Assembly (NCBI GenBank): GCA_963555985.3
Contig: OY820591.1
Coordinates: 672,001 to 736,000 of the forward strand
Source: Dehalococcoidia bacterium
GTDB taxonomy: Bacteria; Chloroflexota; Dehalococcoidia; Bin125
DNA: 64,000 bases
Direction: 5' to 3'
Position 1 is the first letter of the stretch. Each line of letters opens with the position of its first letter. The notes under the pieces were generated by a model. The model was given only the letters and a program-made list of their open reading frames with translations, did not search any database and was not told the origin of the DNA. The translations under genes were made by a program, and so were the position numbers. Positions 56,666 through 64,000 of the stretch are shown piece after piece.

Positions 56666-59125
56666 GTGATGGCTCGTTGCTTGCTGACGGCAGTACTGGC
56701 GCTGGGAGCGTGGTGTGTGCTGAGCGTGGTCTCGGCGTCGGCGCAGGGGACGCACGAGTGGCTGGTGAACAGCGACGGGGACGATTCGGGGGGATGTCCG
56801 CAGCAGTGCACCCTGCGGGCGGCGATCGAGGCGGCCAATGCGTCTGAGGGGGGTGATCGGATTCGCTTCGCGCGAGGGATGACGATTCGCCCTCAGTCTT
56901 GGCTGCCGGCGTTGGCGACTGCCGATATCGCGATCGATGCGTCCGACTTGGGCGGCGGGGTCGATCAGGTTCCACAGGTGTGGCTCCAGGGCGCCGAGGC
57001 GGGTGATGCAGCGGGGATTGAGATCACGGCGGCTCGGGCGCAGGTGCGCGGGTTGGGGATTTCGGGTTTTCAGCGTTACGGCGTCGGGGTGGTGGGCGCG
57101 GGTGCGGTTGATGCGTTGATTGAGGGGAACTGGATTGGGCTGTCCAGCGACGGACGAAGGGCGGAGCCGAATCGTCTGAGCGGGGTGGCGGTGGTGGGTG
57201 GGGCTGCGGGAGCGCGGATCGTCGGGAACCGGATTGGGGGCAACAGCGTCACGGCTCGAACGGGACACGGCATCGTGGTCGGGGGCGGCGGATCGATCAA
57301 CGCGGAGTTGATTGAGAACGTGATTGGGATTGGCATCGATGGGTCTGCGCTGCCCAACGATGACGGAATTTTGATCGTCGATTCGGGACACGCGACGGTG
57401 CGGGGCAACGTGATCGGCTTCAGTGCGGTAGCCGGGATCGAGGTGCGAGAGACGCGCATTCCGATCGACATCAGCAGCAATTGGGTGGGTGTTCAGCGCA
57501 GCGGAGAGACAGCCGCGAACGATGTGGGGATCTTCTTGGGGCCGGGTTCGGCGGCTGTCCGCGTGGGCGCGAGCGCGGCGAATGTAATCGCGGGGAATCG
57601 TGTGGGGATCGCGGTCGAACAGGGCGCCCGCGACGCAGAGCTGTGGAACAACTGGATCGGGCTCGTGCCCCGAGGCGGAAGCATGAGTTCGACCGATCTG
57701 CCGCGCGCGCGCGTTCTCCCGAATGCTGAACGCGGTATTTCGATCATCGCCGACGCAGCCAACACGCTCGTGGTCAATAACCTCGTAGCGGCCGGCAACT
57801 ACGGAATTGTGGTGGCCAATGCGCATACGGTGAGTCTGATCCGCAATGTCGTGGCCGGCGCGCGCAACGGACGGACTCAAGTCGGGATCGACGTGCGCGC
57901 GGGGACCGGGGTTGAGATCGGAGGTAAGAGAGGATTGGGCAATGACATCTGCCGCAATGACGTCTGCGGCAATGACATCTGCGGCGCTGAGGTGGCGGTG
58001 AGACTAGCGATGATCGAGGAAGCCCAAGTGCTGCGGAACCGGATTGGCCCCGATGTCGCCGAACGAGTCAGATTTGACAGCGACGACCGTATGGACACCG
58101 GAATCGAGCTGGGGGCGGGCGTGGTACGGACGAAGGTGCAACAAAACCAGATCGCCGGCGCAGCGGGGGCCGGGATCGCAGTCACGGGCCGCAACGCTCG
58201 CGACAACGAGCTCACGCAGAACGCATACACCGGCAATGGCATCGACATCGATCTGGGTGGAGATGGACCGACGCGCAACGATCCGGGCGATGTTGATTCC
58301 GGCCCTCATGGGCTGCTGAACTATCCCATCCTTGAGAGTCACACGGTGATCCAGAAGGGCAACCAACTCCACTCGACCTTCTCGGGTACCGCGCAGCCGG
58401 GGGCGCACGTTCAGCTGTATGTATTGGACGGAAGCCGCATGAACCCGTTCGCGCAGACAATCAGGCCCGCAGACCTGAATGGTCGCTGGGAGGCGGTCTC
58501 GCTTGAGTTGCCGACGGGATCCATTCGAGCGCTCGCGATTTCGAGGACGCGAGCGACATCCGAATTCTCGCCGCCGTGGGAGCCTACACGCCGGGTCAAA
58601 GTGCGCAGCGGTGTTTCATACCTTGTCTGGCGCGGCGCGGACACGTCAATCGAGCAGGCTTTTGCCGGTCGCTTCGCCGAGGCCCTGGAGACGGTCTGGC
58701 GCTGGGACGCGGCCTCGCAAGATTGGCAGGGATGGGCGCCGAATGTGCCTGGCGCGGAACTGACGCGCGTGCGACACGGCGATGTCCTCACCGTCGAGTT
58801 TCGGCAGGGCGTACCCGAGAACTTCTTCATGCCGCCGCGTGGTGCAGCCGGCGAACGCGGCGCGGCCGTGTGGTTGTACGAGGGTCTCAACGAGGTGAGC
58901 TGGCTGGCTGGGCCGGTGGACGGGGTTGAGGCGCTGACTGCGCTGGATCGGGCGCAGCCGCGACTGTTGAGCGTGGTCTGGCAGTGGGACGATCGACAGG
59001 GGCGGTGGCGTGTGGTCTGGCCGCGTCTGAGCGCGTCTTGGACGCCTCCGCGCTGGACTGCGGATGGGAGCGTGCGGCTGTGGATTCGCGCGTCGCGGTC
59101 CGAGCTGTGGTTGCAGTGGCCTTGA
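56666..59125 (+). CDS. Secreted CSLREA-like / right-handed beta-helix protein with two Trp-rich C-terminal domains
   Basis: VNSDGDD..C...CTLRAAIEAAN, repeated GN.IG, IDLGGDG.T.ND.GD.D.GP, TSEFS. Confidence 0.75.
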   Translation: MMARCLLTAVLALGAWCVLSVVSASAQGTHEWLVNSDGDDSGGCPQQCTLRAAIEAANASEGGDRIRFARGMTIRPQSWLPALATADIAIDASDLGGGVDQVPQVWLQGAEAGDAAGIEITAARAQVRGLGISGFQRYGVGVVGAGAVDALIEGNWIGLSSDGRRAEPNRLSGVAVVGGAAGARIVGNRIGGNSVTARTGHGIVVGGGGSINAELIENVIGIGIDGSALPNDDGILIVDSGHATVRGNVIGFSAVAGIEVRETRIPIDISSNWVGVQRSGETAANDVGIFLGPGSAAVRVGASAANVIAGNRVGIAVEQGARDAELWNNWIGLVPRGGSMSSTDLPRARVLPNAERGISIIADAANTLVVNNLVAAGNYGIVVANAHTVSLIRNVVAGARNGRTQVGIDVRAGTGVEIGGKRGLGNDICRNDVCGNDICGAEVAVRLAMIEEAQVLRNRIGPDVAERVRFDSDDRMDTGIELGAGVVRTKVQQNQIAGAAGAGIAVTGRNARDNELTQNAYTGNGIDIDLGGDGPTRNDPGDVDSGPHGLLNYPILESHTVIQKGNQLHSTFSGTAQPGAHVQLYVLDGSRMNPFAQTIRPADLNGRWEAVSLELPTGSIRALAISRTRATSEFSPPWEPTRRVKVRSGVSYLVWRGADTSIEQAFAGRFAEALETVWRWDAASQDWQGWAPNVPGAELTRVRHGDVLTVEFRQGVPENFFMPPRGAAGERGAAVWLYEGLNEVSWLAGPVDGVEALTALDRAQPRLLSVVWQWDDRQGRWRVVWPRLSASWTPPRWTADGSVRLWIRASRSELWLQWP
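57941..57985 (+). repeat. 15-bp coding tandem repeat x3 (NDICR-NDVCG-NDICG)
   Basis: AATGACATCTGCCGC AATGACGTCTGCGGC AATGACATCTGCGGC. Confidence 0.85.
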
Positions 59126-59139
59126 TCGGTGGTCGGACT

Positions 59140-59188
59140 CCCCTCTGTCACTTCGTGACATCTCCCCCCGCGATGCGGGGGGGAGAGA
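59140..59188. repeat. Double-hairpin palindromic repeat between convergent genes
   Basis: CCCCTCTGTCACTTCGTGACATCTCCCCCC..GGGGGGAGA, matching 52994. Confidence 0.8.
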
Positions 59189-59194
59189 TTGGGA

Positions 59195-59722
59195 TTAGGC
59201 TCCGTCGCTGCGTTCGATGATCTCCGTGGCGATGAGGACGACGATGGCTCGGTCGCCCTCTTGCGCGATTCGGAGTTCGCCGCGGAAGCCGGGGTTGTCG
59301 TCGTCGCGGAAGCTGATGAAGTCGACATTGGCGCGGCGCGGATCGGCAGTCACCTCCCAGGGTTCGTTGTCGAGTTGGGAGCGATACCAGCTGTAGAGGT
59401 TGTCGGCGTGTTCTTCGGTGGTTTGCCAGCCGACGATGAGTTCACGGCGCTGGTCGGTGTCGGTGAAGGCGGAACCGAGCAACTCCAGTGTGTCGCGGAC
59501 CGGGAAGCTGGGCGGCAGGTCGTCGACCATGCCCTGCACGCGTACATCGGCGATCGCGGTGCGGTCGGAGATGATCAGGTAGTTGCGGAAGAGGCGCTGG
59601 GCGGCGAGGCGTTCCTCGTCGTCGGAGTTGTCACAGGCGGCGAAGAGGCCCGCCGCGAGCAGGGGAGCGGCTAGCAACAGGAGCCAGCGAAGGCGAAGCA
59701 TCAAGCTCATACGCTCTGTCAT
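59195..59722 (-). CDS. Hypothetical lipoprotein
   Basis: Hydrophobic signal ending in the LFAAC lipobox; start uncertain. Confidence 0.6.
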   Translation of the reverse strand: MTERMSLMLRLRWLLLLAAPLLAAGLFAACDNSDDEERLAAQRLFRNYLIISDRTAIADVRVQGMVDDLPPSFPVRDTLELLGSAFTDTDQRRELIVGWQTTEEHADNLYSWYRSQLDNEPWEVTADPRRANVDFISFRDDDNPGFRGELRIAQEGDRAIVVLIATEIIERSDGA

Positions 59723-59739
59723 TGCTGCGGGGGTATGGA

Positions 59740-59817
59740 TGGGGTGGACGGTGGGATTCGAACCCACGAATACCAGGGCCACAACCTGGCGCCTTAGGCC
59801 TCTAGGCGACGCCCACC
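59740..59817 (-). tRNA. tRNA-His (GTG)
   Basis: G-1 plus GTGGGCG/CGTCCAC acceptor stem, anticodon loop TTGTGGC, GTTCGAATC T-arm, encoded CCA. Confidence 0.93.
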
Positions 59818-59862
59818 ATGCGGCGGTGGGGCTAGCGTATCACTGTCTTGGAGAGGCGCAGG

Positions 59863-61254
59863 TCAGGCGATCCGCTCGATCAGCAGCGCGGCGATGCCAA
59901 GGAAGAACAGAAAGCCGAGCACATCCGTCGCGGTCGTGACGAAGATGCTGGCGGCGAGCGCCGGGTCGGCTCCGAGCCGGCGCAGAGCGATCGGAATCAG
60001 CAGCCCGCTGAGGCCGGCCACGACCATCGTCGCAAGCATGGCTGCGCCGACCGCGACGCCAAGATAGGGATTGTCCTGCCAGACCCAGCCGACTACGCCG
60101 ACCAGCAAGCCCAGGGCAATTCCGGTGGCGATGCCGATCGCGACCTCACGCGGGAGAACCGTGCGAGTGAAATGACGGTCGAATTCGCCCAGCGCCATCG
60201 CGCGCACAGCGAGCGTCGTCACCTGCATCCCCGCGTTGCCCCCCTGTCCCGCGATGATGGGCAGGAAGATCGCTAGCGCGGCGACCCGTGCAAGGGTGTC
60301 TTCGAAGGCCGCGATCACCGCTCCGGCGGCAAACGCCGTGGCCAGATTCAGGGTGAGCCAGGGCAGGCGGCGGCGAACGGCGGTGTGAACCGGAGCGGTC
60401 AGGGCTTCGTCGTCGACCAGTCCGACCAGGCGGTACATGTCTTCGGTCGCCTCTTGCTGGGCGATGTCGAGCAGGTCGTCGGCGGTGGCGACGCCCACGA
60501 GGCGATCCTGTTCGTCCAGCACGGGCAGGGCGTGCAGTCCGTAGTGCTGGAGCGTCTGCAACGCTTCCTCCTGGTCGACGTCGGTGCGAACAGTGGGGCC
60601 GGGCGGTTCCATCAGATCGCGGAGGGCGGTCATGGGCGAGGCGAAGACGACATCGAGCAGATGCACGGAACCGAGCAGCACGCCTTCGGCGTCGACGATG
60701 TAGACCGTGTCGCGCACGGTCGGGGCGGGAGCGGCGACGCGCAGGAGCGCGAGCGCGCGCTCGGCGGCGAGATGAGGGCCCAAGACCATCAACTCCGGGG
60801 CCATGATGCCGCCCGCTGATTCGTCGTCATGGGCCAGCAGCGGAGCGACGATCTCGGCGGCCGGCAGTCTGCCCAGCACGAGTTCGGCGTCCGGCTCGGG
60901 CAGTGCGTGGAGCACGTCCGCGCCAACTTGGGCGGTGGTCTGGTCGAGGGCGGCGGTGAGCTGGGGCAGAGCTACATCCGGGGCGACGTGTTCCAGTTCC
61001 TCGTGGGTGAGGAAGGGCAGCAGCTGGGCGAGCGTGTGGGAGTCGATCCGGTCGAGCACGCGCCGGCGCTCGTCGGTGGAGAGCGCGGCGAGAGCGTCGG
61101 CCTGGTCGGCCGGGTGGAGCGTGTGCAGCAATTGCGCCGCGCCGCCGGGGTCGCCGGCGTCAATGCGGGCGACGACATCCCAGACCGCCGCCGAGGATTC
61201 AACGGGGCTATCGCCGCGGCTCTGCGCTTGCGGCTGTCCGGTCGCTTGCGACAT
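59863..61254 (-). CDS. mgtE: Magnesium transporter MgtE
   Basis: LHPADQAD, ESAGGIM, CBS pair, QEATED, RRLPWL, GQGGNAG.Q, DPALA...VTT.TD. Confidence 0.93.
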   Translation of the reverse strand: MSQATGQPQAQSRGDSPVESSAAVWDVVARIDAGDPGGAAQLLHTLHPADQADALAALSTDERRRVLDRIDSHTLAQLLPFLTHEELEHVAPDVALPQLTAALDQTTAQVGADVLHALPEPDAELVLGRLPAAEIVAPLLAHDDESAGGIMAPELMVLGPHLAAERALALLRVAAPAPTVRDTVYIVDAEGVLLGSVHLLDVVFASPMTALRDLMEPPGPTVRTDVDQEEALQTLQHYGLHALPVLDEQDRLVGVATADDLLDIAQQEATEDMYRLVGLVDDEALTAPVHTAVRRRLPWLTLNLATAFAAGAVIAAFEDTLARVAALAIFLPIIAGQGGNAGMQVTTLAVRAMALGEFDRHFTRTVLPREVAIGIATGIALGLLVGVVGWVWQDNPYLGVAVGAAMLATMVVAGLSGLLIPIALRRLGADPALAASIFVTTATDVLGFLFFLGIAALLIERIA

Positions 61255-61319
61255 GGAGTGCTCCCGCTCGCGCCCGGCGCCCAACCACGGAACGGGTCAG
61301 CGCGATAGGCTGAGCGTGT

Positions 61320-61396
61320 GCGCCCGTAGCTCAGTGGAGTAGAGCACCAGGCTTCGGACCTGGGGGTCGGGGGTTCGAGTCCCTCCGGGCGTGCCA
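61320..61396 (+). tRNA. tRNA-Arg (TCG)
   Basis: GCGCCCG/CGGGCGT acceptor, CCAGG-CTTCGGA-CCTGG anticodon arm, GTTCGAGTC, encoded CCA. Confidence 0.92.
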
Positions 61397-61444
61397 TTGC
61401 CCCTTGTAGCCTAGCGAGAGAGGCCAGGATGTCAGGAAGACACC

Positions 61445-61702
61445 ATGAGTGAGGTGTTCCACTTTTGTGGTCGGCGGATCCCCAAAGAAGTGGTCGAGCG
61501 TGCTCTGGAGTTGTTCGACGAGCAGGTCGGACTCGACCAAGCTATTGCTGAAGCCGAGGCGAACCGGCCGCGCCTCAGTCCCGAGGAACTGGACCAAGCG
61601 ATCGAGCGGATTCAGCGGCTGGTGGCCAAGTATGTCCCCGACGATGTTTCGCTGGTAGATGAACTGATTGCCGGACGGCGGGCGGAAGCCGCTCGTGAGT
61701 GA
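61445..61702 (+). CDS. Putative antitoxin (VapB-like)
   Basis: Overlaps the PIN gene start; C-terminal SLVDELIAGRRAEA typical of partners of this VapC type. Confidence 0.65.
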   Translation: MSEVFHFCGRRIPKEVVERALELFDEQVGLDQAIAEAEANRPRLSPEELDQAIERIQRLVAKYVPDDVSLVDELIAGRRAEAARE

Positions 61703-62086
61703 GTGGGTGCTCGACGCGTCTGCGCTCTTGGCAATCGTGAAGAACGAAGAGGGCTCTGGTCGCGTCCGCTCGGCTCTTGATGCCGGCGCAGCCATCAGCA
61801 CCGTGAACCTCTCTGAAGTAGTGGCAACCCTGACCGGTCATGGAGTGCCGGCGAATGAGATCCGGTTTGAGCTTGGAAGCCTCAACTTCGAGATCGAGGA
61901 CTTCATCGAAGACGATGCCTACACCGCGGGTCTGCTCAAGCCCTTGACCGATGCGTACGACTGTCGTTTGCCGATCGTGCGTGCATCGCACTAGCGCGGA
62001 GACTGGGATTGCCGGTGTTGACCGCTGATCGACCTTGGGCCAACGTACCGCTCGGCGGCAAGCCGGAAGTAGTCCTCATCCGTTGA
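61695..62086 (+). pseudogene. vapC: VapC PIN-domain toxin, frameshifted near 61959
   Basis: VLDASALLA..E..STVNLSEV; the rest (LSFADRACIALARRLGLPVLTADRPW) continues in another frame. Confidence 0.8.
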
Positions 62087-62147
62087 CTCGAACCCGTGCA
62101 GTACCTTGCAGTGAACCTGAGTCGCTGACCAGCGTTGGGAGCGGACG

Positions 62148-63488
62148 ATGTTCATTGCCTGGTTCACGGAGCGGCCCTATCAGGATCCGCAAGCCTCCTG
62201 GTGGGGGCGCACGGGGCGGCGGCTGACCGACCTCGACAGTTCCAATGACGAGTACGACCCCAAGCTGGGCGCAGACCTCTATCACCGCTACCTCGACGAG
62301 GCCGTCGCCGCTGAGAACGCGGGCTTCGACGGGATCGTGCTCAACGAGCACCACTCGACCCCGTTCTGCATGGGATCGGTGATCAACGTGGAAGCGGCGA
62401 TCCTGGCGCGAATCACCGAGCGGGCGAAGATTTGCCTGCTGGGGAATATCCTGCCGATCTGGGAAGACCCGCTCTGGTTGGCGGAGACTTTGGCCGAGAT
62501 CGACATGATCTCCGGCGGCCGTCTGATCACGGGTTGGGTGCGGGGGACGGGGCGTGAGTCGTTAGCGCACAACTCGCAGTCGCCCTACAACTGGGAGCGC
62601 TATCAGGAGGCGCACGACCTGGTGGTCAAAGCGTGGACGGATCCGGGACCCTTCCGCTGGGAGGGCGAGCACTACGATTACCGCTACGTGAATCCGTGGT
62701 CGAAGCCGTTGCAGCGCCCGCATCCGCCGATCTGGATTCCGGGCGCGGTCTCGCAGCGCACGGTCGCCTGGGCGGCTGAGCGGCGCTACCCCTACGTGAT
62801 GCTGGCCACGCGGCTCGCGCCGACGCGCGACTCGTTCGCCTACTACGACAAGGTTGCTGCCGAGTTCGGCTATGAGGCCGGCCCGCAGCATCGCGGCTAC
62901 CTCTGGAAGGTCCACGTCGACGAAACCGAGGAGTTGGCAGAGGAGGTGGGGCGCAAGTATCTGACCGGTCCGGGCAACATCTTCCTCGAAGGGTCGCGCG
63001 GCGATGTGAAGCGCCATATCCAGAACCTGCCGGGGATGATTGACCGCCGGCGATTGTTGCCGACGGCGGGCGTGCGGCATGTCGAGGAGTCGCGGGGAAC
63101 GGTGAATCCGAACGAGTATCGGCGCTTGACGCTGGATGCGGCTGAAGGGTTCGTCGACACGGAAGACACCTACCAGGGTCTGACCGAGTCCTACTCGATT
63201 ATTTCCGGCACGCCGAAGACCGTGATCCCCAAAATTCGCCACGTGCTCGAATATCTGCGTCCCGGCTCGATCTGCTTCTGGGACGGGGACGGCTCGATGT
63301 CGCATGAGGACTCGATGCGTTCGCTGCGCTTGATGGGTGAAGAAGTGCTCCCAGCCGTGCGCGAGATGGCGCAGGAGTTGGACCTGCCCGGGCCCTTTGA
63401 TCTGCCCGCAGACGCGGAGCCGGCGGGAGTATCGCCGGCGGCGATGGCGAGCATGGAACGGGTCGCCGCAGCGGGCGTCGGGACGTAG
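62148..63488 (+). CDS. LLM-class flavin-dependent oxidoreductase
   Basis: GFDGIVLNEHH, LAE.LAEIDMISGGRL..GWVRG.G.E, PLQRPHPPIW, GTP..V, EVLP. Confidence 0.88.
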   Translation: MFIAWFTERPYQDPQASWWGRTGRRLTDLDSSNDEYDPKLGADLYHRYLDEAVAAENAGFDGIVLNEHHSTPFCMGSVINVEAAILARITERAKICLLGNILPIWEDPLWLAETLAEIDMISGGRLITGWVRGTGRESLAHNSQSPYNWERYQEAHDLVVKAWTDPGPFRWEGEHYDYRYVNPWSKPLQRPHPPIWIPGAVSQRTVAWAAERRYPYVMLATRLAPTRDSFAYYDKVAAEFGYEAGPQHRGYLWKVHVDETEELAEEVGRKYLTGPGNIFLEGSRGDVKRHIQNLPGMIDRRRLLPTAGVRHVEESRGTVNPNEYRRLTLDAAEGFVDTEDTYQGLTESYSIISGTPKTVIPKIRHVLEYLRPGSICFWDGDGSMSHEDSMRSLRLMGEEVLPAVREMAQELDLPGPFDLPADAEPAGVSPAAMASMERVAAAGVGT

Positions 63489-63712
63489 CCGGACAAACGG
63501 GGACGAACGTGCGTGGATGGATTGTGGGCAAGCGGTGAGCAGCCTGTGCTTGCCGCTTCACCGTAAGCGGGCTCTGCGATCGTTATCGGGTTTCTTTGAG
63601 GGCGTCTGTTGATGCTGCGTTAAGCGCCGTGCCGCTGCGCCATCGGCGGCGTTGACCTCCTCTCCGTGCGGATAAGACAGTGGCGCCAGGCACTGTGGGA
63701 GAGGAGACCTCC

Positions 63713-64000
63713 ATGACATTCCGAGGCATTCGCGCACGTTGGTTTGCGCTCGTCGGAGCGGCGCTCGCCGTGGTTGCGGTGACGACTGCGGTTCTGGCTC
63801 AGCCGCAGCCCCAATACCGCTTCTACGGACTGCCCGGCGATAGCACGATCAATGGTGAGATCGCGCCGGTCGGCTCAATTGTGGCGGCGAGTTCGGGTGG
63901 CGAAGTATTGGGCAGCGTCGAGATCGGCGAGGCCGGCACCTGGTACATCGATGTCGAGCCGGATTCGGCGAACATCACCTTCAGCCTCAACGGCATCAAC
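63713..64000 (+). CDS. Secreted RFYG-domain protein (third paralogue), 3' end outside the window
   Basis: GAGGAG RBS; MTFRGIRARWFALVGAALAVVAVTTAVLAQPQPQYRFYGLPGDSTINGEIAPVG..WYIDV. Confidence 0.72.
   Translation, partial: MTFRGIRARWFALVGAALAVVAVTTAVLAQPQPQYRFYGLPGDSTINGEIAPVGSIVAASSGGEVLGSVEIGEAGTWYIDVEPDSANITFSLNGIN

Noticed and set aside
59723-59782. N-terminal extension of the 59195 ORF, and ORF 60972-61397
   Set aside because: These read through the tRNA genes and are not coding.
61940-61975. Programmed ribosomal frameshift in vapC
   Set aside because: No slippery heptamer or homopolymer at the shift; a simple 1-bp deletion is more likely.
59740-62086. Prophage or integrative element at tRNA-His or tRNA-Arg
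   Set aside because: No integrase, phage genes or duplicated tRNA 3' end (att site) seen in the window.

Overview
GC-rich bacterial chromosomal window. It is probably Chloroflexota/Dehalococcoidia-like; this is inferred from the F420-dependent LLM and Ddn enzymes, many CoA-transferases and crotonases, and S-layer-type secreted proteins. The housekeeping and catabolic core comprises a TcuA-like flavoenzyme, AddAB, amtB-glnK, a DEAD helicase, SDR/ADH/AKR/LLM oxidoreductases, a sulfite-oxidase-family Mo enzyme, a B12 acyl-CoA mutase, a thiolase, MgtE, tRNA-His and tRNA-Arg(TCG). Five things stand out. (1) A ~164-bp MITE with IS5/IS1106-like ends sits in the same register of a CGTC-type palindrome at four junctions and itself carries that palindrome, producing nested arrays. 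(2) A c-di-AMP (ydaO) riboswitch precedes a KamA-family radical-SAM aminomutase whose lysine-binding residues appear to be replaced. (3) There is a large cell-surface toolkit: six secreted proteins share an unnamed Trp-rich C-terminal domain, and three paralogues share an RFYG domain, two of them with a visible sortase-like tail. (4) An 11-bp-phased GlnR-like operator array lies upstream of amtB. (5) A duplicated unknown small gene keeps a conserved promoter next to repeat clusters. All calls come from reading the sequence; no searches were run.
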